Assembly (NCBI GenBank): GCA_965112735.1
Contig: OZ218963.1
Coordinates: 558,001-622,000, forward strand
Direction: 5' to 3'
Origin: Phaeosaccion multiseriatum
Taxonomy: Eukaryota; Protista; Ochrophyta, other classes
DNA length: 64,000 nt
Notes under the pieces: generated by a model
The model's input: the letters and a program-made list of their open reading frames with translations, nothing else
Told to the model about the DNA's origin: nothing
Databases searched by the model: none
Shown here: positions 25,603-38,131 of the stretch, one piece after another
How positions within the stretch are numbered: the stretch's first letter is position 1
How the letters are laid out: each line of letters opens with the position of its first letter
Made by a program: the position numbers and the translations under genes

Positions 25603-26694
25603 CTACGACAAGACCATCAACGGCGCCCAAAAGAACAAGGAGGTTATGGCTTCTGCACCCCCTGTCAAAGACGCCTCCTGCAGCGCCACTACATGGGAAA
25701 TACACGACGAGCAAATGAAAGGCATCGACACCGGCGTAGGAGATGATAACGTGTATGGCGACATGACGGGCAGCGGAGGGTCAAAGCGGGACAGTGCCTC
25801 TTCAATGGCAACCATGAGTGACGTGGCGAGAGAGGCCAGCCAGCTTGTGGCGGTTACGTTGGCGAGCGAGGGTTGCCTACTTGAAACGGAAAACACGCTT
25901 CCCCCACCGCCGTTGCCCACGGACGAGGGAGGAGGCGGAGGAGGAGGAGGAGGAGGAGGGGGAGGAGGGAGAGGAGGAGGAGGGCCACACACCGGTGTGG
26001 GTGGTAAGGCCATGCCCAATGGTCGTGGAGGGGGGCTGGGGGTGGGAGGCGAATCCAAGGCGGGGGGGGCTGGAGCGCTTTCGAGAATGTCGGTGGGACA
26101 AGGGCCCCCGGGGGGGGGGACTGGGGGACCTGTAGCGGCGGCTGAGACTCCTTCAAGCCCTCGACATGTGGCACGGGTGAGTGAGTTAGTGATACAGAGG
26201 GAGGGAGGGAGGGAGGGGAGGGAGGGAGGGAGAGAGGGAGGGAGGGAGGGAGGGAGGGAGGGAGGGAGGGAGGGAGGGAGGGAGGGAGGGAGGGAGGGAG
26301 GGAGGGAGGGAGGGAGGGAGGGAGGGAGGGAGGGAGGGAGGGAGGGAGGGAGGGAGGGAGGGAGGGAGGGAGGGAGGGAGGGAGGGAGGGAGGGAGGGAG
26401 GGAGGGAGGGAGGGAGGGAGGGAGGGAGGGAGGGAGGGAGGGAGGGAGGGAGGGAGGGAGGGAGGGAGGGAGGGAGTGATGGAGGGAGGGAGGGAGGGAG
26501 GGAGGGAGGAAGTGATGGAGGGAGGAAGGAAGGAAGGGAGGGAGGAAGGAAGGGAGGGAGGGAGAGAGGGAGGGAGGGAAGGGAGGGAGGGAGGGAGGGA
26601 AAGAGAGAGGGAGGGAGAGAGACTTGGAGAGGTACCCCACCCACCCCACCCCACTTTGTGTCCTGACACCCACCCACCGTCCATTCACTATCAT

Positions 26695-26739
<45 letters not shown>

Positions 26740-29700
26740 AGATTCTGGCCCAGCAGCAGGCCGAGCACATAATGAAGTCAGGGGAACTCCTCCGCTCTCT
26801 TCAGCTCGTCGGACGTTCTTTATTTCAGAACGCGTCCTTCGCCAAGCAGCTTGAATATCGGAACCTTCCCTCTGTCGTGGAGGACGGCAGTGGACGCGGA
26901 GGGCGTGGAGGGTCTTCGGGCGACGACCCGAATAACCAGCATCCCAACCACCCGCAGGGAGGGGAGGTAGACGGAAATGGAGGAGTAGGGAGCAGTGATG
27001 CGGTGGTCAAATCAGGTGCAGACGGGGACGACGGCGCAGTTGGTGATACAGCAGGAGCAGCAGGAGCAGCAGGAGCAACAGGAGCAGCAGCAGGAGCAGC
27101 AGCAGCAGGAGGAGGAGCAGCAGCAGGAGCAGGAGCAGGAGGAGCAGGAGGAGGAGGTGGTGGGGATGGAGCGTCTGTAGTAGGAGCCGCGGGAGCCGTC
27201 GGCAGGCCAGAGGATGGCAGTGGATGGGCGGCTGGAGGAGAGGACGGAGGAGGGGCTGGAGGGATGCCACAGCCCCCCGGGGACGATGCTACCAAGGCAG
27301 GGACGGGGGCAGCAGCAGGGGGAGGGGTAGGTACCACCAATGGGATGGGCAGGGCTTACCAACCAGAGTTGAAGAAGCTATGGACTCATCGCTACCCATA
27401 TGCGGCTCGGGGTGGGCAGGGGGGCGGGAGGGGAGGCGGCAGTGGAAGAGGAAGGGGCGGGCGGTCGAGCGGAGGGAAGGGAAGGACCAACCAGAAAGGA
27501 GGAGGAGGGGGAGGAGGAGGGGGAGGAGGAGGAGAAGGAGGAGGGGGAGGAGGGGGAGGGGGAGGAGGAGGGAAAACCGATGCTCCCGAGACAGACGAAG
27601 GAGGGGAGGAAAGCATCGAGGCCAAGAACACGATAAGCGAGGAGGAGGAGGCTGCTGGTGGGAGAAAGGCCGGGGGGGAGGACGGGGAGGGAGGGGGGGA
27701 GGAGGGCGACGCAACGACGGGCGAGAAAGGTGGTAAAGGAGAAGGAGGAGGAGAAGGAGGAGGAGGAGGAGGAGGAGGAGAAGGAGGAGGAGGTGGCGCT
27801 GGAGGAGGGGGAGGAACAGAAGGGGAAGGAGCAACAGCCGGAGGAGGAGGAGGAGGAGGAGGAGGAGGAGGAGGAGGAGGAGGAGGAGGAGGAGGAGGAG
27901 GAGGAGGAGGAGGAGGAGGAGGAGGACGGGGAGGTGGTGTTGGTAAAGGAGGAGGAGGAGGAGGAGGAGGAGGAGGAGGAGGAGGAGGAGGAGGAGGAGG
28001 AGATGGGAAGAACACGGCCACACAGGGAGGGCGTCGGGGTCAGCACCGGGGGGGGCCTGGGGGGGCTGCTGGGGGGAGGATGGCAGGGCACGGGCAGCAC
28101 GCTCGACAGGTGACCGCCATTAGCTTCCACAGATTGAATGGGGACATTTGCGCCGTGGGGTACGGCGGTTACAAACATTCCGTGGAAGCTGCGGGAGGCG
28201 GCAAGATTCTCTTTTGGTCCATGAGAGACCCTGAGTTTCCCGAGCGGGCCATTACGACTCACAGTGCGGCGACGGCGCTGGATTTTAGCGCCCGACACCC
28301 CAACCTCCTCGCCGTGGGCATGTACGATGGAACCATCGCCGTGTATGATGGGGCCAAGGAGGGTCAGGTTGGTGTAGTATGTCAGTGGGTGGATGTAGTA
28401 AGTCAGTGGGTGGGTGGGTGGGTGTGAGTGGGTGGGTGGGAGGGTGGCTACGAGTGGGTGGGTGGGGTTTTGAGGATGGGCGGGTGAATATCCATTACTA
28501 CAAACTGAAACTCACCATTCATTGACTGCTCACTGTGCACAACGAACTGAAACTTGTTCCACCAACAGGCGGCCAACCAACCGCTCGTGGAGAGCAGCAC
28601 GAGCACAGGCAAGCACACGTATCCGGTGTGGAACATTCGGTGGATAAATAAGGTACGTAAGGGGTACGTAAGGGGACACGTGAGAATACATGCGTTAAGG
28701 ATAGGATAAGTTCAGGGCATGGAAGGATGGAAAGGATGCACAAGGTAATAAGCCTTCGCCCTTCACCCTTCACCATTTACGTTGACCCTTAGCCCTCCTC
28801 CTCCTCCTCCTCCTCCTCCTCCTCCTCCTCCTCCTCCTCCTCCTCCTCCTCCTCCTCCTCCTCCTCCTCCTCCTCCTCCTCCTCCTCCCCCTCCTCCTCC
28901 TCCTCCTCCTCCTCCTCCTCCTCCTCCTCCTCCTCCTCCTCCTCCTCCTCCTCCTCCTCCTCCTCCTCCTCCTCCTCCTCCTCCTCCTCCTCCTCCTCCT
29001 CCTCCTCCTCCTCCTCCTCCTCCTCCTCCTCCTCCTCCTCCTCCCTCCTCCTCCTCCTCCTCCTCCTCCTCCTCCTCCTCCTCCTCCTCCTCCTCCTCCT
29101 CCTCCTCCTCCTCCTCCTCCTCCTCCTCCTCCTCCTCCTCCTCCTCCTCCTCCTCCTCCTCCTCCTCCTCCTCCCCCTCCTCCTCCTCCTTCTCCTCCTC
29201 CTCCTCCTCCTCCTCCTCCTCCTCCTCCTCCTCCTCCTCCTCCCTCTTCCTCCATAGGGGGCGGAGCGAGGGGAGAGTTTGGTCAGCGTGTCCACGGATG
29301 GAAGGGTCGTGGAGTGGAGCATGAAGAAGGGACTCTCACACACTCCTCTCATGCTGTTGAAGCGGGTTGGTATTTCGGAAGGCGTCATTAGTCGCCAGGC
29401 TGCAGGGCTCTGCTTCGACTTTCCTGTTGGAGACCCCACTACCTACTTTGCTGGCACTGAGGTGAGTTTGAGTTTCGAGTGGTGTGCATAGCTGTTGAAG
29501 CGGGTGGGTGTGCCTCGGAAGGCGTCATTAGTCGCCAGGCTGCAGGGCTCTGCTTCGACTTTCCTGTTGGAGACCCCACTACCTACTTTGCTGGCACTGA
29601 GGTGAGTTTGAGTTTCGAGTGGTGTGCATAGTGTAAGTGGTGGGTGTGCCTAGAGAGAGGGAGGGAGGGAGGGAGGGAGGGGAGGGAGGGAGGGGAGGGA

Positions 29701-30608
29701 GGGAGGGAGGGAGGGAGGGAGGGAGGGAGGGAGGGAGGGAGGGAGGGAGAGAGGGAGGGAGCGAGGGAGGGAGAGAGGGAGGGAGGGAGAGAGGGAGAGA
29801 GAGAGGGAGAGAGAGAGGGAGAGAGAGAGGGAGAGAGAGGGAGGGAGGGAGGGAGAGAGAGAGGGAGAGAGATAGGGAGGGAGGGAGAGAGATAGGGAGC
29901 GAGGGAGGGAGAGAGAGAGGGAGAGAGAGAGGGAGCGAGGGAGGGAGAGAGAGAGGGAGAGAGAGAGGGAGAGAGAGGGAGAGAGGGAGAGAGAGAGGGA
30001 GAGAGAGAGGGAGAGAGAGAGGGAGAGAGAGAGGGAGAGGGAGGGAGAGAGAGGGAGAGAGAGAGAGAGGGAGAGAGAGAGGGAGGGTGAGAGAGAGGGA
30101 GAGAGAGAGGGAGAGAGAGAGGGAGAGAGAGAGGGAGAGAGAGAGAGGCGGTCGCAAGACATGGGGGCCGAGTGTCGACCAATCAAATTGAAACTAAAAA
30201 CGTTGCCCTCCATCGACTGCCATCCCATCTGAAACCCGACCCCCCTCAACTTTGCATAATTGGTGCCATCTGGTGCCATCAGGACGGTCTGGTGCACAAG
30301 TGTAGCACCAGCTACAACGAGCAGTATCTGGAGACATACGTGGGTCACACGGCCCCTGTTTACCGCATCGCTTGCTCCCCGTTCTGCGACCGGCTCTTCC
30401 TCTCGTGCTCGGCTGATTGGACAGGTGGGTGAAGAGAGAGGGGATGGCAGTGGATGGAAGGGTGGGGGGGTTGGAGGGTGTTGGCGGGGGATGGCAGTGG
30501 ATGGCGGGGGATGGGAGGTCCAGTTTTGTTTTTAGTTCATTTTCCTCTCACTTTCGGTTTATTGACCTCATCTCCCCCCTCTCCTTGCAACCGCCTCTGA
30601 CTCTTCTC

Positions 30609-30641
<33 letters not shown>

Positions 30642-31601
30642 GACTCTTCTCTCTGTCTCTCTCTCTCTGTCTCTCTGCCTCTCTCTCTCTCTGTTCTTTT
30701 CTGTCCTTCTCCTCGGCCAATGGATTGATTGATTGACGGATCGATTGATTGACTGACTGACTGATTGATTGATGGATGGATTGATTGATTGACTGATTGA
30801 CCACCCACAGTGCGTCTGTGGGACCAAAAAGACACCACATGCCTGCACGTGTTCCAAAGCATCGATCTAAGCGATGTGGTGAACGATGTCGTGTGGTCGC
30901 CAACCTGTGCAACCATGTTTGCCTCCGTGTGTGGGGATGGGCGTGTACAGCTCTGGGACCTTAGTCACTCAACAATAGACCCTGTTGCCAAGCTTTTCTC
31001 AACCACGGCGGGGGGGGATGGCAGTGGATGGGGCAGCGAGTGGGAGGGAGGAGGGGGTAGTGGTGGAGGAGGAGCAGGAGGAGCAGCAGCAGCAGGAGGA
31101 GGAGGAGGAGGAGGAGGAGGAGGGGGGGGGGGAGGAGCAGGAGGAGGAGGAGGAGAGGATGGCGATGTGGCCTTGCAGGACGGCAGGCCGACGGTTTCCA
31201 GTGGCGCCACAGGCGTTACGGTGGGTGCTGGGAGTGGGCCTTCCGCGGGCAGCAGCGTCTCCCCCAAGACCTCTGCTTGGAGCAGCTCGGCGGGAGGAGG
31301 AGGAGGAGGAGGAGGAGGAGGAGGAGGAGGAGGGGTTGAAGGAGGAGACGGTGACGGCACTCCAGGCAGCGGTAGCGTGTTTGAGAGCGGCTCGGGCTAC
31401 GTATCACCAACCGGTGGCCTTCCCGTCACCCTCACGGCAGTGAGCTTTGCGTCCTTTGCGCCGGTGCTGGCGGTGGGTAATGCGCGTGGGGACGTGGATG
31501 TGTACAAGATTGGGGGGGTGGATGTGGAACCCAACCTGAGCAGGGAGGAGCAGACCAATAGGCTCACTGCTGCTGTGTTTGGGAATAGCAGCGCGTTGTG
31601 A
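24476..31601 (+). CDS. DNAI4: Axonemal dynein intermediate chain 4 (WDR78 / IC138-like WD40 protein)
   Basis: Exons 24476-25264, 25613-26176, 26742-28367, 28569-28652, 29258-29461, 30283-30424, 30811-31601. Motifs: VILSETPT, DICAVGYG, ILFWSMRDPEFPER, NLLAVGMYDGTIAVYD, LVSVSTDGRVVEWSMKKGL, GTEDGLVHKCSTSYNEQYLETYVGH, FLSCSADWTVRLW. Confidence 0.93.
26200..26475. repeat. (GGGA)n microsatellite in intron
   Basis: Nearly pure run of about 270 bp. Confidence 0.95.
28795..29243. repeat. (CCT)n microsatellite in intron
   Basis: About 450 bp, ending just before the acceptor at 29257. Confidence 0.95.
29491..29631 (+). pseudogene. Tandem duplicate of the 3' part of a DNAI4 exon plus its donor site
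   Basis: Copy of 29353-29491 with a few substitutions and a net 2-bp insertion near its start. Confidence 0.85.
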
Positions 31602-32115
31602 TCATTATGAGCTGGTGTGAGTGTGTGAGGATGGCAGTGGATGGGAACGGGGTAGGAGGTGAGGGGTGGTGGGATGGATGGCAGTGGATGATGTGCGATA
31701 TGATATGATATACTAGAAGTACTTCGAAGTATATAGGAAGAGAGAGCGGCCGGTAGGGCATGCCAGGGGAAAGGGTGGGTGGAGGCATACGGGCATACTA
31801 ATTTGACTGCTAATTTGTAATACACGAAAGCGGTGGGGAAGACCTCTCTCTCTCTCTCCCTCCCTCTCTCTCTCTCTCTGCGACACACAGCCGAACAACC
31901 GCACAGCCCCCCAAGTGCCTATGTTATCCTTCTTAACGATGCCGCCCAGCTGAGGAGGAGATTGGAGGAGGAGTCATCCAGGAGTCACAGAGTCACAGAC
32001 GCCTCGTGTACCTTGTATCACCAACACCAACAGTCCTTACTTATGTAAATTGGAAACTGGCCTTTTTTGATCTTGAGCCCCTCGCCCAAGAGTAGATACA
32101 GGGGAAAAAGAGAGG

Positions 32116-33429
32116 ATGCTGAAGGTAGCCAGGCACCAGAGGAAGCTCTGGCTGCTGTGGAGGCCTGCAGTTCTCGGGGGAGGACGGGCGAGATGTTGGA
32201 GGGGGGAACGTGGAAGAGAAGGAGGAGCCGGAGACGGAGGTTACTCCGGACGTGGGTGGGCCGCAGACTGCGGTGAGCCCCAGACAGACCGGCACGACAA
32301 TAGAAGGAACACGACCAGCAGCAGCAGTCGCTGGGGGGAAGGCAGGAGGCATAGTGGTACACGTTGTGAATCTGGCATTGCAGACTCGCGCTCCCAGCGT
32401 GGGAGAGGACACCACACCATTCTTCAACTCGGAGCAGGGAGCACACAAATTCGCAGCAACAGCAGCAGTAGTAGTAGTAGCAGCGGCAGTACCAGCAGAC
32501 TTGTGTTGGGAAAACACGGCTCAGACTCCAATATAGTAAAGAGGTTAGGAAGGCGTCGCAGCAGCAGCAGCAGCAGCAGCAAAAGCAGCAACAGCAGCAC
32601 CAGGGCTTGCTGTCTCGGCCCTGCTGGTTGCGGTGATAGGGTCGACAGGGGTAGGGAGAGCTGGCGAAGAAGCCACAGAAGCCCAAGCCCAAGCTATGGT
32701 ACTCGCCTTGGCTGGAGAGGTAGTAGTAGTAATCGGGCCTTGAACAGCAGCAGTCGTCCAGGGGGAGGAGGGGGAGGAGGAGGAGAAGGAGGAGAAGGAT
32801 CCAGCCCTCTCGGCAGGGCCATGGCTAATGGCGGCGCGGCCGACAGAATGGCTACCCGGGAAGAAGAGCTGGAGCACCAGCGGAAACAGCATCAGCAGGA
32901 GGAGGAGGGGGGGGGTGACGTAAAGAGGAAAAAAGAAGAGGAGGAGGAGGAGGAGGAGGAGGCAGAGGAGAGGAAGGAGCAAATGCGCTTGACAGCCGGC
33001 AAGGCTGAGCTTAGGCGGAAGTGGACTGTTCCGAATATTATCACAGCAGTTCGGATAGCTTGCTGCCCTGCACTGGCCTACCTCGTCGTTAGTGAGCAGT
33101 ACGAGTTAGCGCTCTGGGGGCTGGGAGCTGCCTCCTTTAGCGATTGGTTAGACGGTTACATTGCTCGAAACTTTGATCAGAAGGTGAGAGAGAGAGGGGG
33201 GGGGGGGGGGGCAGGTGAGGAGAGTGAGGGTCAGGGTCAGGGTGAAGGAGGGGGAGGTTATACTCCTTCTCCCCTCCCTGTTCAGACGGAGCCAGGGGGT
33301 TGCGTGCATGCTGTGACACCTCACCCCCACCCTCACCCTCAAGCTCATCCTCACCCTTACCCTCATCCTAACCCTCACCCTCATCCTCACCCTCACCCTC
33401 ATCCTCATCCTCACCCTCACCCTCATCCT

Positions 33430-33480
<51 letters not shown>

Positions 33481-33500
33481 CCTTACCCTTACCCGCACCC

Positions 33501-33551
<51 letters not shown>

Positions 33552-33580
33552 TCCTTACCCTCATCCCCTCCCTCATCCTG

Positions 33581-33647
<67 letters not shown>

Positions 33648-33711
33648 TCCTCACCCTCACCCTCAACCCCACCCTAACCCTCACCCTCATCCTCACCCTC
33701 ACCCTCACCCC

Positions 33712-33750
<39 letters not shown>

Positions 33751-33764
33751 CCATACCCGCACCC

Positions 33765-33815
<51 letters not shown>

Positions 33816-33897
33816 TCCTTACCCTCATCCCCTCCCTCATCCTGACCCTCACCCTCTCCCTCACCCCCAGCCTCACTCTCATCCTCACCCTCATCCT

Positions 33898-33929
<32 letters not shown>

Positions 33930-33945
33930 TCCTCACCCTCAACCC

Positions 33946-34014
<69 letters not shown>

Positions 34015-36472
34015 CCCCACCCTCATCCTCACCCTAACCCGACCCATGAGAGAGAGAGAGAGGGGGGGGAGTTGTGTGCCGTGGGCTCTTCTCTGTGTAT
34101 GTAACTGTGTAACTGTTGTAACTGTTGTAACTGTAAGAGTGCATCCTCACCCTTGCTCAGGACGTGTGTTTGCCTGTCCCATACCCTTCCTTAGCTTAGT
34201 GGGGTTCCGAAGAGCATTGAAACGGAAAGGTCAGGCTCGCCTCGGGGGTATTTCTTGGGACAGATGAGAGGATGGGTGGGGACTGCGGAATGCTTTGCAG
34301 GGACTGCGGAATGTCTTGTCTATCTTTCCTATACCCGTATTCCACATCGTCTCTCTTTGTACCGTGTACACGGATCTCTGACCGGACCATGGCTACTGTA
34401 TCACCAACTGCTGCTGCTGCTGCTACGGCTGCTGTATCACCAACCCCTGCACTTGCACAGTCCATCTTAGGAGGCTTCATGGACCCTCTGGCGGACAAAC
34501 TCCTGATGCTCCACCTCACGCCAGCGCTGGCCGTCAACGGCCTTCTGCCAGGCTTGCTCGCCTTCGTGCTAGTGGGCAGAGACTGCATACTCATGGGCGG
34601 ATCTCTTCTTTACAGAGGTGAGTATAGAGAAGAAGAGGGCAGGGAGTGGAGTGGAGTAAGAGCCGGTTCGGTCACAGGTTGGGGGGCACAGTAGATCCAG
34701 GGCGATGGAATGGAATGCATGAGTTTTCTGAGCTCGATATTACACGCACACACACACACGCACACACACACACGCACACACACACACACGCACACACACA
34801 CACACGCGCACGCACACACACACACACACACAGCCCGCACCAAGCGGCCCGAGGACGGCTTCTTTGACGTAGAGACGCTCGACTGGAAGGTCACTCCGTC
34901 GCTCCTCAGCAAGGCCAACACCGCACTGCAGTTCTCCACACTATGCCTCACGCTCACTCAGGTGAGTTTGGTTGGGGGGGGGGGGTTGTATCACCAACTG
35001 CTGCTGCCTTGTCGTGGGTGAGGTCTACAAGGGATCCCTCGCAGTCTCTTGCTCTCCCTCTCCCTCTCAAACGTCCATACCCCTCCCTCCCTCTCCTCCT
35101 CTCCCTGTCCCTCTCCCTCTCTCTCTCCCTCTCCCTCTCCATCTCCACCCGCCCGCTCTCCCGTCTCGTCTTGTGTCCGTACCGGGCGTACCGGGTCCAC
35201 CCCACTCCACCCCACCCCACCCGACCCCACCCGACCCCACCCGACCCTACCCTACCCTTCCCCACCCTACCCCGCCCTACCCCACCCCACCCTACCCCGC
35301 CCTACCCCACCCCACCCTACCCTACCCTACCCCACCCCACCCCACCCCACCCCACCCGACCCTACCCTACCCTTCCCCACCCCACCCCACCCGACCCCAC
35401 CCCACCCCACCCGACCCCACCCGACCCTACCCTACCCTACCCCACCCTGCCCTACCCTACCCCACCCTACCCTACCCCACCCCACCCCACCCCACCCGAC
35501 CCCACCCGACTCTACCCTACCCCACCCTACCCTACCCTACCCTGCCCCACCCCACCCCACCCGACCCCACCCGACCCTACCCTACCCTACCCTACCCTAC
35601 CCTACCCCACCCTACCCCACCCCACCCTACCCCACCCTACCCTACCCTACCCTACCCTGCCCCACCCCACCCGACCCCACCCGACCCTACCCTACCCTTC
35701 CCTACCTTACCCCACCCTACCCTACCCCACCCTACCCTTCCCCACCCTACCCCACCCCACCCCACCCCACCCTACCCTACCCCACCCTACCTCACACCAC
35801 CCTACCCTACCCTACCCTATCCTACCCCACCCCACCCTACCCTACCCTACCCTACCCTACCCTACCCTACCCTACCCTATCCTACCCCACCCTACCCCAC
35901 ACCACCCTACCCTACCCTACCCGACCCCACCCGACCCTACCCTACCCTTCCCTACCCTACCTCACACCACCCTACCATACCCTACTCTACCCCACCCCAC
36001 CCCACCCCACCCCACCCTGCTCTGTCCCGACCGATGTTCTCATAGGCCGTCCACGGCTTTCCTGGGGAGGTGGCTCTCACCGGCCTTTACCTCACCACAG
36101 GGGCGGCCACGCTGCTGTCCGGGGCCAACTATTGGGTCGACTCGGGCATTCGAACAAACGGAGCAGTCACCAAGGCGTTGACCTTGAGCAAGAAGAGGGT
36201 GGTGGAGACGGTCGAGGCCAGCGCGACCATGTGAGTGAGTGAGTGAGTGTGGAGTTTGCCCTCCCCCGCCCGCCCTCTCTCTGTCCCTCTCTCTGTCCCT
36301 CTCTCTGTACTTCTCTCTGTACCTCTCTCTGTCTCTCTCCCTCCCATCTCCCCCCTCTCCCTCTCTCTCTGTGTGTGTGTGGTTCTGTCTCTCCTTCTGT
36401 TTGGCTCTTTTTCTCTGTCTGTCTCTGTCTCTCTCTCTGCCTCTGCTCTATCCCTCCTCCCCTTCCGCTCTC

Positions 36473-36520
<48 letters not shown>

Positions 36521-36669
36521 CCCTCTCTCTCCCTCTCTCTTCCTGTCTTTTGTCTCACCCCCCCCCGGCCCACACACCTCCCTGTCAGCCCATACGCCTG
36601 CATCACTGCCCATGCACCTCCCTGTCAGCTCATCTAATCGTCTTACCTCCCATACCCCTGTCTGTCTGT

Positions 36670-36744
<75 letters not shown>

Positions 36745-36965
36745 CTTGCTTGCCTGCCTGCTTGCCTGCTGCCTACCTGCCTGCCCGTATGCCCACGACA
36801 GCCCCGCCTCTACCCGCGTAGACATCAAGAAGCAGCTGACGCAACAGGCCCTCATCGCCACGGCCCTCACAGAGCAAGTCCTTGAGGTCACTCAGGAGGT
36901 CAAGGGGGTCATCCAGGAGTCGGAAACCGCCAACAGGGTGAGTGAGTACAGTGTTTGAGTAAGCT

Positions 36966-36997
<32 letters not shown>

Positions 36998-37243
36998 CCT
37001 GGTGGTGGTGGTACAGCGGCAAAAGCAGCAGTAGCAGCAGCAGTTGGTGGTACAGCAGCATCATCGGCAGCTGTTGCGGGTACAGTATAGCAGCAGTTGG
37101 TGGTATCGCGAGCATCATACCCCCTTGTCGACGTACGAGGCTTTCTTAGCCTGCTGTTATTGTCACTTGTCTATTTAGTCGTCCTATTTGTATTTCTAGA
37201 CAACCACGCACACTCACACCTACACATACGCGCCCACACACAT

Positions 37244-37290
<47 letters not shown>

Positions 37291-37729
37291 CAATGTATAC
37301 TTGGCACTGCTGCTGCTGCAGGTCCGTGTAGAGGTAAAAAAGCTGCGTCGGCAGAGGGGGAAACAGGGCTGGCCAGGGCGGGGAAGGAGTAGCAAGACCA
37401 TGGCCAAGGCCAAGAGCAAGAGCAAGAGTAGGACCAACGAGGGGGGCAACAAACTCACAGATGGCATAGACGGCGGTGGAGGGGTTGGTGCTTGTGCGCG
37501 CACAGGCTCCAGGGAGGAGAGTAAGAAGAGTAGAGGTGGTGGTGGTAGTGGTGGTGGTAGTGGTGGTGGTAGTGGTGGTGGTAGTGGTGGTGGTAGTGGT
37601 GGTGGTGGTGGTGGTAGTGGTAGTGGTGGTGGTAGTGGTGGTGGTAGTGGTGGTCGTGGTAGTGGTGGTGGTAGGAAGAGAAGTATGAGTAGCAGCAGTA
37701 GGAGAAGAGGACAAAAGAGGGGGGAGTAG
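32116..37729 (+). CDS. CRLS1: Cardiolipin synthase (CDP-alcohol phosphatidyltransferase family)
   Basis: Exons 32116-33183, 34461-34617, 34834-34961, 36046-36230, 36802-36937, 37322-37729. Motifs: [59 protein letters not shown]. The Arg-rich N-terminus resembles a mitochondrial presequence. The start codon and the last two exons are less certain. Confidence 0.88.
33320..34040. repeat. (CCTCAC)n hexamer array in intron
   Basis: About 720 bp. The same unit occurs at 7170-7405. Confidence 0.95.
35200..36017. repeat. (CCCTA/CCCCA/CCCGA)n pentamer array in intron
   Basis: Directly visible. Confidence 0.95.
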
Positions 37730-38131
37730 CGGTTAGCAGGAGCTGTAGGGAGGAAGGGGGAGGGGCGATAGGATCATAAGAAGGGCGAGGGGAGCAGGGC
37801 AGGCAGGCAGGCAGGTATTGACAGGTAGGCAGGTAGGCAGGGGAGAAAGAAGGAGAAGGAGGACCCAGAGCCAAGCAGCAGGGCATGATTCACCCATGAA
37901 CCTGACACATAAAAAGTGTATGTACATGGGAATCGAGCGATTCTCGGTAGCATGCTACCGGGTCCTCTAGCAGATAGCACGCCAGGAGAGGTGGGAAAAG
38001 GAGAAGGCCAAACTAAGTCAATAAATATCCACAAATTTTTTGGCGGGTGCTGGCTCTATCCAGCATCAACCGTGTTGTGGCATTAAGATACACCCATACC
38101 ACCGCTACAGTGCCCTTCCTAAAGCTCTGCC

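Noticed and set aside
29492-29601. Functional mutually exclusive DNAI4 exon
   Set aside because: It lacks the 5' part of the exon, has a net 2-bp insertion and starts only about 30 nt after the real donor.
33320-36017. (CCTCAC)n and (CCCTA)n as telomeric repeats
   Set aside because: The units are not CCCTAA or CCCTAAA apart from isolated variants, and they lie inside introns of an intact gene.
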